From an uncultured Parachlamydiaceae bacterium (GTDB lineage Bacteria; Chlamydiota; Chlamydiia; Chlamydiales; Parachlamydiaceae), in the NCBI GenBank assembly GCA_963742415.1, contig CAVULX010000003.1:800001-864000 (forward strand): a stretch of 64,000 nucleotides of DNA, in the 5' to 3' direction. Positions 40,601 to 49,902 of this stretch are shown here, one piece after another. The notes beneath the pieces are model-generated. The model had not been told where the DNA came from. It searched no databases and saw only the letters and a program-made list of their open reading frames with translations. A program made the translations under genes and the position numbers. The number at the start of each line of letters is the position of its first letter. Within the stretch, counting starts at the first letter, position 1.

Positions 40601-40960
40601 TGCTTGCAAGCCTGTCAAGATGATATGGGGCTCTTTCCCTTGCAGGATTTCTTGCAAGACACGATACCTTTCACCCACAATATCAGGGCTGGGGGGAATA
40701 TTTTCCGAAGGCAATGTTTCCCAGGCAGGAAAATCGACGATGGGGCGTTCAGTAAAAAAGGCAAAGTCTTGGAATAGCCGAACCTCCTCCTGGCTAGCCC
40801 CTGTTAAAATCAAAATGTGTTTTCCGGTAGCTTGTTGGGCCAAAGAGGCGAGCAAGGCCTTAGGAGCGTTCCATAACCCTTCTATTAAAATTGATTCCCC
40901 ATCTCGCAAGGCTTGTTCGTAAATTGACAGTTTTTCACTTTCTAAAAATTTCTTCAGCAT
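37652..40960 (-). CDS. mfd: Transcription-repair coupling factor
   Basis: [75 protein letters not shown]. Confidence 0.97.
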   Translation of the reverse strand: [1102 protein letters not shown]

Positions 40961-41003
40961 AACTTAGGCTAGCTTAATTGTTTAAATCACATTGAATACA
41001 AAT

Positions 41004-41254
41004 AACAGGATGAGCAAGATCGCCTTTGGCGGCAAGATAAGCAGGATAATATGTTAATTTGGAGTGCGGCGGCTTGCCGCCGCTTTGATAAGCATCGCCT
41101 TGGGGATGCTCTAAAGCAAAGGCATCGTCAAGCCGATGCCTAATAAAGCGGCGTCAAGCCGCCGCACTCCAAATTTTAGGCTGAACCGCCGCACTCCAAA
41201 TTGTGCTCTTATCCTGCTTATCTTGCCGCCAAAGGCGATCTTGCCCATCCTGTT
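41004..41254. repeat. Composite palindromic element: ACAGGAT-family arms (copy C) enclosing GGAGTGCGGCGGC REP-like repeats
   Basis: 46-bp arms 41004..41049 / 41209..41254 (one mismatch); inner inverted pair 41056..41086 / 41145..41175 and a partial copy 41186..41202. Confidence 0.88.
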
Positions 41255-41263
41255 CTTTTTTTG

Positions 41264-43900
41264 TTAAACTATAATATCTTCTAAAAATTCTTTTGCTTTT
41301 TTTAAGGCTTCAGGAATCTTGCTCGGAGCCTTGCCGCCTGCTTGCGCTTGATTTGGCTTCCCCCCTCCGCTTCCTTCAATCAAGGGAGAAATTGCTTTGA
41401 CAATTTCGTGGGCTTTGATCCCTTTTGCGACTAAATCATCTGTGACGCGGACAAGGATACTGCATTTATTCCCTTCTGCTGAAGCCAGAACCAATACCAA
41501 GGACGAGTTCTTATTCATGATCTCATCAGCACATGCGCGCATTTCATCTGCAGATAAGGGTAATGAAGAGATCAAAGCAGGAATTTCCCGAATCCGTTCG
41601 ATTTTGCTTTGAAGGGATTCAATCAACGTGCCCAGCTGACCTTTTTTAACTTCCTTCAGTTCTTGAAGAAGCTGTTTATTCTCCTCCAGCAGCTTGTCAA
41701 CACGTTCCATTAATTTCATGGGTTGCGTTTTTAGCGTGACAGCGCATTGTTCCAAAAGTTGTTCATTTTGCCGTGCTAAACTTTCAGCCTCGGAACCTGT
41801 GACAGCTTCGATCCGGCGGATCCCTGCGGCAATGCTGCTTTCTTTTGTAATTTTAAAGAGGCCGATGTTTCCGGTGAATTCAGTGTGTGTTCCCCCGCAG
41901 AGTTCTTTCGAATAATCGATATCGATTACGCGCACTTGTGCGCCATATTTTTCTCCGAAAAACTGTTTAATTTCGCTCCGTTTTTGAGCGTCTTCATAAG
42001 AGATTTCGTACCACTTGACGGGTCTGTTTTCCCTGATTTTGTTATTAATCAAGTCCTCAATTTGGTGTAATTCAGCTGTGGTCATCGCTTTGTGGTGGCT
42101 GAAGTCAAAACGGAGGCGGTGGGGATCAACCACAGAGCCGGCCTGTTTGACATGTTCTCCTAAGACCTGATGCAAAGCCCAATGCAGGAGATGAGTAGCT
42201 GTGTGGTTGTTGGCTATTTTTTGGCGTCGTTGAAAATCGATGTCGGCCAAAACCGGCATCCCCAATTTTAAGGCTCCTCTTTCCACCTTTCCCACATGGG
42301 CGATCACCCCTTTATAGGGGGAGATGCAGTTGTGGACGGTAAATAATTCATTTTCCCCTCTTAAAGTTCCAACATCCCCAACTTGTCCCCCTTGTTCTGC
42401 ATAAAAAGGGGTTTGATCGAGGACGACTAAGGCTTCTTGCCCTTCAACGATCTCATCGACAAATTGTCCATTAAAGACTATTGCAGTGACTTTGCCGACA
42501 GCCTTGTGCAGGGTATAGCCAAGAAATTGGCAAGGGCCTTGGGTCTGAACGTAATTGGCAAAAAGATTTTCAGCTGCGATCTGTTGAGTCATCTTTTGGG
42601 AGCTGCGTGAGCGCTCTTTTGCTTCTTGTTCCAAGGTTTGATAACGGTCGATATCGACGGTGAGCTCCGCATCTTTGGCCAGCAGAGTGATCTCTTCAAG
42701 AGGCAAGCCATAGGTGTCCTTAAGCTTAAAGGCATCTTCACCGGATATTTTTTTATCCTCCCTTTTTTGAGCATGCATGATAATTTGATTGAGGATATTC
42801 CCGCCGCGGCGCAAAGTTTTGAAAAAGGCTTCTTCCTCCGCTGTCATAATTTCAGCGATCCTGTTTTGCCCCTTAACGAGCTCAGTGTAGTCGCTGCCCA
42901 TAGTTTCAACCAAGCGGGGCAAGATGCGCGCCAAAAAGGGCTCCTCGATCCCTAACATTTTGCCATAGCGGACAGCCCGCCTTAACACTTTTCGCAATAC
43001 ATACCCTCGGTCGACATTGCTGGGTTGCACGCCATCTGCAATCGCAAAGGAGAGGCACCGCACATGGTCTGCAATCACCCGGAAGGCTGGCCCTAAGAGC
43101 AGATCGTGATAATCATAGGAGATGCCTGACACATTTTCTACGGCGGCGATCAAACTGCGCAAAACATCGGTTTCAAAGACACTGTCGACACCCATTTTCA
43201 GGCTGAGAATCCTCTCTATGCCTGCTCCGGTATCAATTGAGGGTTTAGGAAGGGGGGTCATGACCCCATCGGATGAGCGGTTGAATTGCATAAAAACCAG
43301 GTTCCAAAATTCCATGTACCGCTCCCCATCTGTATCTTCGCTCGGCTTATTTGCACTGCCGTACTTGGATCCTCGATCAAAATAGAGCTCAGAACTGGGG
43401 CCGCAAGGGCCTGTGTCGCCCATGGCCCAGAAATTGTCTTTTTCATCAAAGCGGGTAATCTTGTGAGCAGGAACGTACTGTTTCCAAAGCTCAAAGGCTT
43501 CATCATCTTCCCGAAAAACGGAGGGCCAAATTTTTTCAGGTTCGAATTCAAATAATTGTGTGCTGACTTCCCAAGCAAAGCGGATCGCTTCTTTTTTAAA
43601 ATAATCGCCAAAAGAGAAGTTCCCCAGCATTTCAAAAAAGGTCAGATGGCGGCGGGTGTGTCCTACGTTTTCAAGGTCGTTGTGTTTACCCCCAACGCGA
43701 ATACATTTTTGGCTCGTGGCTGCCCGCTTGTAATCCCGAATGCTTTTTCCTAAAAAAACGTCCTTGAATTGATTCATGCCGGCATTGATAAACAGCAGGG
43801 TGGGGTCGTCGTGAGGAACTACAGGGGAAGAGGGGATGATGGCATGCTGCTTATCTTTGAAATATTGGAGAAACTGCCGCCGAATTTTTTGTGTTTCCAT
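41264..43900 (-). CDS. alaS: Alanine--tRNA ligase
   Basis: [58 protein letters not shown]. Confidence 0.97.
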   Translation of the reverse strand: METQKIRRQFLQYFKDKQHAIIPSSPVVPHDDPTLLFINAGMNQFKDVFLGKSIRDYKRAATSQKCIRVGGKHNDLENVGHTRRHLTFFEMLGNFSFGDYFKKEAIRFAWEVSTQLFEFEPEKIWPSVFREDDEAFELWKQYVPAHKITRFDEKDNFWAMGDTGPCGPSSELYFDRGSKYGSANKPSEDTDGERYMEFWNLVFMQFNRSSDGVMTPLPKPSIDTGAGIERILSLKMGVDSVFETDVLRSLIAAVENVSGISYDYHDLLLGPAFRVIADHVRCLSFAIADGVQPSNVDRGYVLRKVLRRAVRYGKMLGIEEPFLARILPRLVETMGSDYTELVKGQNRIAEIMTAEEEAFFKTLRRGGNILNQIIMHAQKREDKKISGEDAFKLKDTYGLPLEEITLLAKDAELTVDIDRYQTLEQEAKERSRSSQKMTQQIAAENLFANYVQTQGPCQFLGYTLHKAVGKVTAIVFNGQFVDEIVEGQEALVVLDQTPFYAEQGGQVGDVGTLRGENELFTVHNCISPYKGVIAHVGKVERGALKLGMPVLADIDFQRRQKIANNHTATHLLHWALHQVLGEHVKQAGSVVDPHRLRFDFSHHKAMTTAELHQIEDLINNKIRENRPVKWYEISYEDAQKRSEIKQFFGEKYGAQVRVIDIDYSKELCGGTHTEFTGNIGLFKITKESSIAAGIRRIEAVTGSEAESLARQNEQLLEQCAVTLKTQPMKLMERVDKLLEENKQLLQELKEVKKGQLGTLIESLQSKIERIREIPALISSLPLSADEMRACADEIMNKNSSLVLVLASAEGNKCSILVRVTDDLVAKGIKAHEIVKAISPLIEGSGGGKPNQAQAGGKAPSKIPEALKKAKEFLEDIIV

Positions 43901-43999
43901 CGATAAAATCCTTTATTTTTTTATCAAAACCGCCAGGGGAAGAAGCCATGAATGAAGTTGACTTGCAGAGAACAATGCAAGATTTTACCAGGTTTCTCT

Positions 44000-45238
44000 T
44001 TAGACGGCAACGGAATCAAATTCGAGTCGCTTGGGTGGCAGTTTACCTTGTTTTTTAGCTGATCCCAACTTAATTTTCTTATAGGGACTTGTCTTTGTAG
44101 GGGAAGCATCTGCCGGTTGCTTTAGGGCTTCTGGATCAAACATATTTCTTATGTATCCTGGAGATTTATAGACAGCGGCTTCCACTTGGTCGACTTGGTC
44201 GCCGATGCTTTTCCCTTTTGCTTTCTCTCTTTCTTCCTGTTGCTTCCGGTAGGGGCGCAATATGATCTTCTGGTAGGAGATGCTCGGTTTGTTATCCTTT
44301 CTCTCTGCATGGGGATTCCACCAAGAATTGCGATTTACGGGAATATATTTTTGCAAACTTGTGGGAGCTATGTCATGGAGAGCTTTGGCCCCCAAATCGG
44401 TAAAGGCTTCACCACTTGTGGTTGATACATTATCGTACCAACCCAGCCAACTTTCAACTGAGCTAAAGAAAGAATTAAGAGAGGTTTCAAGAGTTTTAAA
44501 GCTGTTTTCTGGGGCTCCGCATGCTTTAAGGGCCTTAGTGGCAAAAGGCTCTATTTGCCTTAGCCGGGATGTAAAAACAATCTTGTTTTTCGAGAGAGCT
44601 TTGAGCACTTTAGGGCCATGAACAGCCCCTTCCCGAAACGCTTGTTCAGCATTCTCTTTTATTTTGTTTGGATCCAGGGTCACCAAGTCCATAAGGTCCA
44701 TCACACGCATTGTCAACTTGAAAAGTTCAAATCCTAAATGGAAAGAGCTGCATGCTATGCGCTGCGTACGAATGAGCCCATGCTTACTTGCTGACATCCA
44801 CCATGTGATTGTAGAGTGTGAGGAAAAGAAAGCCGTTTTTGACTTTTGGATATAAGTGGGATAAGCATTGATAGGATGAACCCCATAGACTGCCTGCTTC
44901 CATTGGCTCCATGCATGAAAACAAGTATCTTGCTGCTTAAAGAGGTCCAAAAGCAAAGAGCCAGCATAAAAACTGATAGCGGGTATTTTAACGAAAGTAG
45001 GTACAACATAGCTTAAAGCGTTTCCACCTATTAACCCTAAAAAATTTTTTGGGTCGCCATAAATTTCCTTGTATCGATACCATTTCCACGAGCGGCGAAC
45101 TTTATAGAAAACACCCGAAAGGGTCCAAATTTCTTTTGTGTCAAATATGGAATTTGAGCTTAACAGCGAGGGGGAAGAAAATATTAAATTTGAACCAAGC
45201 ATGGTTTTAAATAATAAGAATAATTTTATTAAAATCAA
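44000..45238 (-). CDS. Hypothetical protein
   Basis: 412-aa ORF with no recognised motif; start uncertain. Confidence 0.65.
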   Translation of the reverse strand: MILIKLFLLFKTMLGSNLIFSSPSLLSSNSIFDTKEIWTLSGVFYKVRRSWKWYRYKEIYGDPKNFLGLIGGNALSYVVPTFVKIPAISFYAGSLLLDLFKQQDTCFHAWSQWKQAVYGVHPINAYPTYIQKSKTAFFSSHSTITWWMSASKHGLIRTQRIACSSFHLGFELFKLTMRVMDLMDLVTLDPNKIKENAEQAFREGAVHGPKVLKALSKNKIVFTSRLRQIEPFATKALKACGAPENSFKTLETSLNSFFSSVESWLGWYDNVSTTSGEAFTDLGAKALHDIAPTSLQKYIPVNRNSWWNPHAERKDNKPSISYQKIILRPYRKQQEEREKAKGKSIGDQVDQVEAAVYKSPGYIRNMFDPEALKQPADASPTKTSPYKKIKLGSAKKQGKLPPKRLEFDSVAV

Positions 45239-45361
45239 TGCAACATGTATACATCTTTACATCTAAATGAGGCAATCAAAAAACGCAAATTTTTTCCTTG
45301 CAGCACCCTAATGGAATCGGCTAAAGTAGCTTTTTAAAAATTGTCAAAGAGTACAAAAATT

Positions 45362-47407
45362 ATGGAAATATCTAAATCTATTGAGGCCAACCCTTCCCTC
45401 AATCAATCCCCCCCCAAAATGCTTGATCCTGACCTAAAACAAATGTTGGTAAAAATAGCCAACACAATCAGGGGATTATCGATCGACGCTGTTCAAAAAG
45501 CAGACTCCGGACACCCGGGCCTTCCCTTAGGATGTGCAGAAATAGGGGCTTACTTGTACGGCTGCGCATTAAGACACAATCCCAAAAATCCCCATTGGAT
45601 CAACCGGGACCGTTTAATTTTATCGGCAGGGCATGGCTCCATGTGGTTATATTCCTGCCTCCATTTATCTGGCTTCGACTTGTCGATGGAAGAGATAAAA
45701 CGGTTTCGCCAGCTCCATTCTAAAACTCCAGGCCATCCCGAATCCCGTGAAACTGTCGGCGTGGAATCAACGACAGGCCCCTTAGGACAAGGTGTCGGAA
45801 ATGCTGTGGGCCAAGCTCTCGCGCTAAAACTGTTAGCGGAAAAATTTAATACGCCTGCTCACAAAATCATCGATTGCAAAGTGTTTTTTCTCATGGGGGA
45901 CGGGTGCGTCATGGAGGGGGTAAGCAGCGAGGCTTCCTCTTTCGCGGGACACCTCCGGATCGATAATCTCATCGGGATCTACGACTCCAATAAAATTTCC
46001 CTCGACGGTCCTTTGAGCGAATCTTGTTCGGAAGATACAAAAAAACGATATGAAGCTTACGGATGGGAAGTTTTTGAGGTGGATGGGCATGACTTGGATG
46101 CCGTGCAAAATGTCATTCAGCAAGCGCGCACAAATCAAGACCGACCCCGATTGATCATAGCTCATACCATCATCGGCAAAGGGTCGCCCAATAAAGCAGG
46201 AACACACAAAGTTCATGGCTCCCCCTTAGGCCCTGAAGAGGTCAAAGCCACAAAAGCTGCGTTGGGAATCCCTGAAGAACAGTTTTTTGTCTTCCCCGCG
46301 GTCTACGAGTTCTTTAAAAAGAAACGGATCCAAGATGCAGCCAACGAAGAGGAATGGCGGAAAACATTCGATGCATGGGGAAAGGGCAATCCTGAAAAAT
46401 TGCGAGAATTTGAAAAAATGGCCCGGCGAGAAATTCCCAACGACCTCGAGCAAAAATTGCAAGCTTTGGAAATTAAAGGGCCTGTTGCTGGCAGGAAAGC
46501 ATCCCAGGATGTCATTAACGTTCTGGCAGATCTTTTGCCTCAGCTATATGGAGGGTCTGCCGATCTTTCCGGCTCCGACCTCACTATGATGAAGAAATAC
46601 CCCATAGTAGCTCCAGGGGTGTTTTCAGGAAGAAATATCAAGTTTGGCGTTCGAGAATTCGGCATGGCCACGATGGCTACCGGAATGGCTGAAACCGATA
46701 TGATCCTGCCCGTAATCGGGACTTTTTTGACATTCTCAGACTACATGCGCAATGCAATCCGGTTGTGTTCCTTGATGAAAGAACAGGTGATCTATCAGTT
46801 TACCCACGACTCCATTTTTCTTGGAGAAGATGGTCCTACCCACCAGGCTGTCGAACATTATGCGACCTTGAGAGCCATCCCCAACTTGCACGTGATCCGT
46901 CCGGGCGATGACTATGAAGTTAAAATGGCTTGGATTGCCGCCTTGCGTTACAGAGGGCCTACAGCATTGCTATTAACCCGCCAAAATCTTCCTTCTTTAA
47001 AGGAAACCCACGTTCCCTATGACCAAGGTGTTGGCCGGGGAGCTTACATCCTAAAAAAAGAAAAAGGGAAGCCCGATTATATGCTGGTGGCAACGGGTTC
47101 GGAATTGCACCTCGCCGTGGATGTTGCCGAAGAATTAGAAAAATTGGGGAAAAACGTTCGCGTGGTCTCCATGCCTTGCTGGGAGCTTTTTGAGTTGCAA
47201 GATGACAATTATAAAAATCAGATTTTTGGGGGAGATTTGGGCAAGCGTGTCAGCATCGAAGCGGGTGTTTACCAAGGATGGCACAAATATATCGGCAGAG
47301 AAGGGATCCCCATCTGCATGCACACTTTTGGATTATCAGCTCCCTATAAAGATCTTGCCCGGGAATTTGGTTTCACTAGAGAGGCTATTTTAGAAAGGAT
47401 TTTATGA
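45362..47407 (+). CDS. tkt: Transketolase
   Basis: SGHPG, LSAGHGSM, TTGPLGQG, GDGCVMEG, THDSIFLGEDGPTHQ; start 45362 or 45419. Confidence 0.96.
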   Translation: MEISKSIEANPSLNQSPPKMLDPDLKQMLVKIANTIRGLSIDAVQKADSGHPGLPLGCAEIGAYLYGCALRHNPKNPHWINRDRLILSAGHGSMWLYSCLHLSGFDLSMEEIKRFRQLHSKTPGHPESRETVGVESTTGPLGQGVGNAVGQALALKLLAEKFNTPAHKIIDCKVFFLMGDGCVMEGVSSEASSFAGHLRIDNLIGIYDSNKISLDGPLSESCSEDTKKRYEAYGWEVFEVDGHDLDAVQNVIQQARTNQDRPRLIIAHTIIGKGSPNKAGTHKVHGSPLGPEEVKATKAALGIPEEQFFVFPAVYEFFKKKRIQDAANEEEWRKTFDAWGKGNPEKLREFEKMARREIPNDLEQKLQALEIKGPVAGRKASQDVINVLADLLPQLYGGSADLSGSDLTMMKKYPIVAPGVFSGRNIKFGVREFGMATMATGMAETDMILPVIGTFLTFSDYMRNAIRLCSLMKEQVIYQFTHDSIFLGEDGPTHQAVEHYATLRAIPNLHVIRPGDDYEVKMAWIAALRYRGPTALLLTRQNLPSLKETHVPYDQGVGRGAYILKKEKGKPDYMLVATGSELHLAVDVAEELEKLGKNVRVVSMPCWELFELQDDNYKNQIFGGDLGKRVSIEAGVYQGWHKYIGREGIPICMHTFGLSAPYKDLAREFGFTREAILERIL

Positions 47408-48417
47408 ACAGGCTCCTCCTGGATGCTTTGCAGCACTGCAATACTTCTCGTCCTCCTGTCTGGCTCATGCGTCAAGCTGGACGCTATATGCCCGAATATC
47501 GAAAAATCAGAGCCAAATACTCTTTTTTGAAAATGTGCCATCAGCCCGACTTAGCGGCTGCAGTGACTCGTTTGCCTATTCAAGTGTTTAAGATGGATGC
47601 AGCAATTTTATTTTCCGATATTCTTCTGCTTGTGGAAGCTTTAGGCCGGGGATTGCGCTTTGAGGATGGGATTGGGCCTATCATCGAACGTCCCATCACT
47701 TCTATCGCTGATATCGACCAATTGCCCGACCGCGAAACCCTCCATTCCATGAATTTCGTCCCAGAAGCCATTAAGATGCTTATCGCAGAATTAAAGGTTC
47801 CCTTAATCGGTTTTTGCGGAGCCCCTTTTACGGTCGCAAGCTACATGATCGAAGGAAAAAGCAGCCGCGATCTAAAAAAAACGAAGCAATGGATGTTAAG
47901 AGATCCCGAAAGTTTTCACCGTTTACTTGATCTCATCGCCCGCCATTCGATCGCCTATTTAAAGATGCAAATCAAAGCAGGCGTACATGCGATTCAGATC
48001 TTTGATTCGTGGGCGAATGTTCTGGCACCTTCCCAGTTCAAAGAATTTTCCCTGGCTTACCTGGGAAAACTTGTCAAAGCTCTAAAATCTACCGGCATCC
48101 CAGTTATCCTTTTTTGCCGCGGATCTTCTGTTTTTGCGCCGCTTCTGGATGAATTGAAACCAGCAGGGATCAGCTTGGATTGGAATGCCGATATCGCAGC
48201 AGTGCGCACCAACCTGCCTTCCAAAGTCGCCCTCCAAGGAAATCTCGACCCCGATCTCCTTTATGCCCCTCGAAAAATATTGCAGCAGGAGATCAAAAAG
48301 ATGTTAAAAAGTATGAAACATGATCGGGGCTATATTTTTAACCTTGGCCACGGCATAGCCCCTGATGTTTCACCCGATGCTGTAAAAATTCTTGTAGAAA
48401 CGGTGCAGAATGTCTAA
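47404..48417 (+). CDS. hemE: Uroporphyrinogen decarboxylase
   Basis: PVWLMRQAGRYMPEY, FSDIL, QIFDSWA, QGNLDP, FNLGHGI. Confidence 0.96.
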   Translation: MNRLLLDALQHCNTSRPPVWLMRQAGRYMPEYRKIRAKYSFLKMCHQPDLAAAVTRLPIQVFKMDAAILFSDILLLVEALGRGLRFEDGIGPIIERPITSIADIDQLPDRETLHSMNFVPEAIKMLIAELKVPLIGFCGAPFTVASYMIEGKSSRDLKKTKQWMLRDPESFHRLLDLIARHSIAYLKMQIKAGVHAIQIFDSWANVLAPSQFKEFSLAYLGKLVKALKSTGIPVILFCRGSSVFAPLLDELKPAGISLDWNADIAAVRTNLPSKVALQGNLDPDLLYAPRKILQQEIKKMLKSMKHDRGYIFNLGHGIAPDVSPDAVKILVETVQNV

Positions 48418-49783
48418 ACATGTTGTTATTTTAGGAGCAGGGATCAGCGGCTTATCCGTGGCCTGGTTTTTAAAAAAACAATACAAGGATTCCCTCCAAA
48501 TTACAGTGTTGGAAAGTTCATCGCGCACAGGGGGATGGATTAAAAGCATCGAAAAAGAGGGATTCCTCCTCGAGCTGGGACCCCATAGCTGCCGCGCAAG
48601 AGGGCCTGGGATCGAAACGTTGCAACTAATTGAAAATCTCGGCCTTCAAGATCAGATAGTTACAGCCTCTCCCGCTGCGAAACAACGTTATTTGTATACG
48701 GAACAAAAATTGCAGATTGTTCCTTCAAGTCTTTTTGATTTTTTTTCATCGCCCCTCACCAAAGGGCTTTTTAAAGCCTTGTGGAAAGACTGGCGGCTCC
48801 CCAAAGGGAATGGGGAAGATGAATCGATCCATTCTTTTGTTTCCCGCCGACTAAATGTCTCATTTGCCGAAAAGATTTTTGACCCCCTTGTGGGCGGGAT
48901 ACATGCTGGGGATATCCATCAACTTTCTGTGCAATCATGCTTTCCTATGCTGTCTGAATGGGAACAGCAGTACGGAGGGATTTTAAAAGGGATGTTGAGA
49001 AAAAAATCTATAGTTCCCTCATCATTATCCCCTTTTGTAAAAAAATTTAAGAGGAAGGCGATTTTTTCTTTTAAAAATGGAATGGAAACGCTCCCTAAAG
49101 AACTAGCTTTAAGGCTGAAAGATCATCTTCATTTAAATGCTTCTGTGATTAAGCTTATTCCTCATTCTAAAGGAACAACCGTGGTCCTGGAAAATGGTTG
49201 GAAATTAGAAGCCGATCATGTGATTTCAACTTTGCCTGGCCATCAGCTTGGCCGTTTGATTTGCCAGATGGCTCCCCAAGCTTTTCAAATGTTGCAAAAA
49301 ATTCCCCATGCTTCACTTTCGATGGTCAGCTTAGGTTATCGTTCGCAAGTGCTAACGAAACAAGGTTTTGGGTATCTAATCCCCTCCCAAGAAAATGAAA
49401 AAATTTTAGGGATGGTGTGGGATTCCAGCGTGTTCCCGGAACAAAATCGGCATGAAAATGAGACCCGGATGACAGTGATGATGGGGGGAATGAGATCCAA
49501 GGAAAAGGAGCCAAAAACAGATCAGCAAACCTTGGATTTAGCTTTAGATACGATTTCTAAGCATTTAAATATCAATAAGCTACCCGATGTCAGCCATGTC
49601 CATGTTGTTCGGGGAGCCATCCCCCAGTACCTCGTTGGCCATGCTAATTTAATCCAGGGAATCAAACAAGAAATCAAGCAGCAATACCCAGCCCTATCTT
49701 TATCAGGTACAACGTTTTCGGGTATCGCAATCAGTGATTGCATCTCCAACGCCAAAAAACTCGCCGCGGAAATAGGCCAGTGA
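48410..49783 (+). CDS. hemG: Protoporphyrinogen/coproporphyrinogen oxidase (HemY-type FAD enzyme)
   Basis: GAGISGL, GGWIKS, ELGPHS, GFGYLIP, AIPQYLVGH; overlaps hemE. Confidence 0.92.
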   Translation: MSKHVVILGAGISGLSVAWFLKKQYKDSLQITVLESSSRTGGWIKSIEKEGFLLELGPHSCRARGPGIETLQLIENLGLQDQIVTASPAAKQRYLYTEQKLQIVPSSLFDFFSSPLTKGLFKALWKDWRLPKGNGEDESIHSFVSRRLNVSFAEKIFDPLVGGIHAGDIHQLSVQSCFPMLSEWEQQYGGILKGMLRKKSIVPSSLSPFVKKFKRKAIFSFKNGMETLPKELALRLKDHLHLNASVIKLIPHSKGTTVVLENGWKLEADHVISTLPGHQLGRLICQMAPQAFQMLQKIPHASLSMVSLGYRSQVLTKQGFGYLIPSQENEKILGMVWDSSVFPEQNRHENETRMTVMMGGMRSKEKEPKTDQQTLDLALDTISKHLNINKLPDVSHVHVVRGAIPQYLVGHANLIQGIKQEIKQQYPALSLSGTTFSGIAISDCISNAKKLAAEIGQ

Positions 49784-49902
49784 CAAATTAAGCTCAATAT
49801 AATTTTTTTAACCTCGTCTGATCTTATCCTTTCTCTTGTATGTTTCTGTATTCTATATTAAAATTAAATTTGGGGCAGCAGCTAAACTAGTGAGTAAGCT
49901 TT

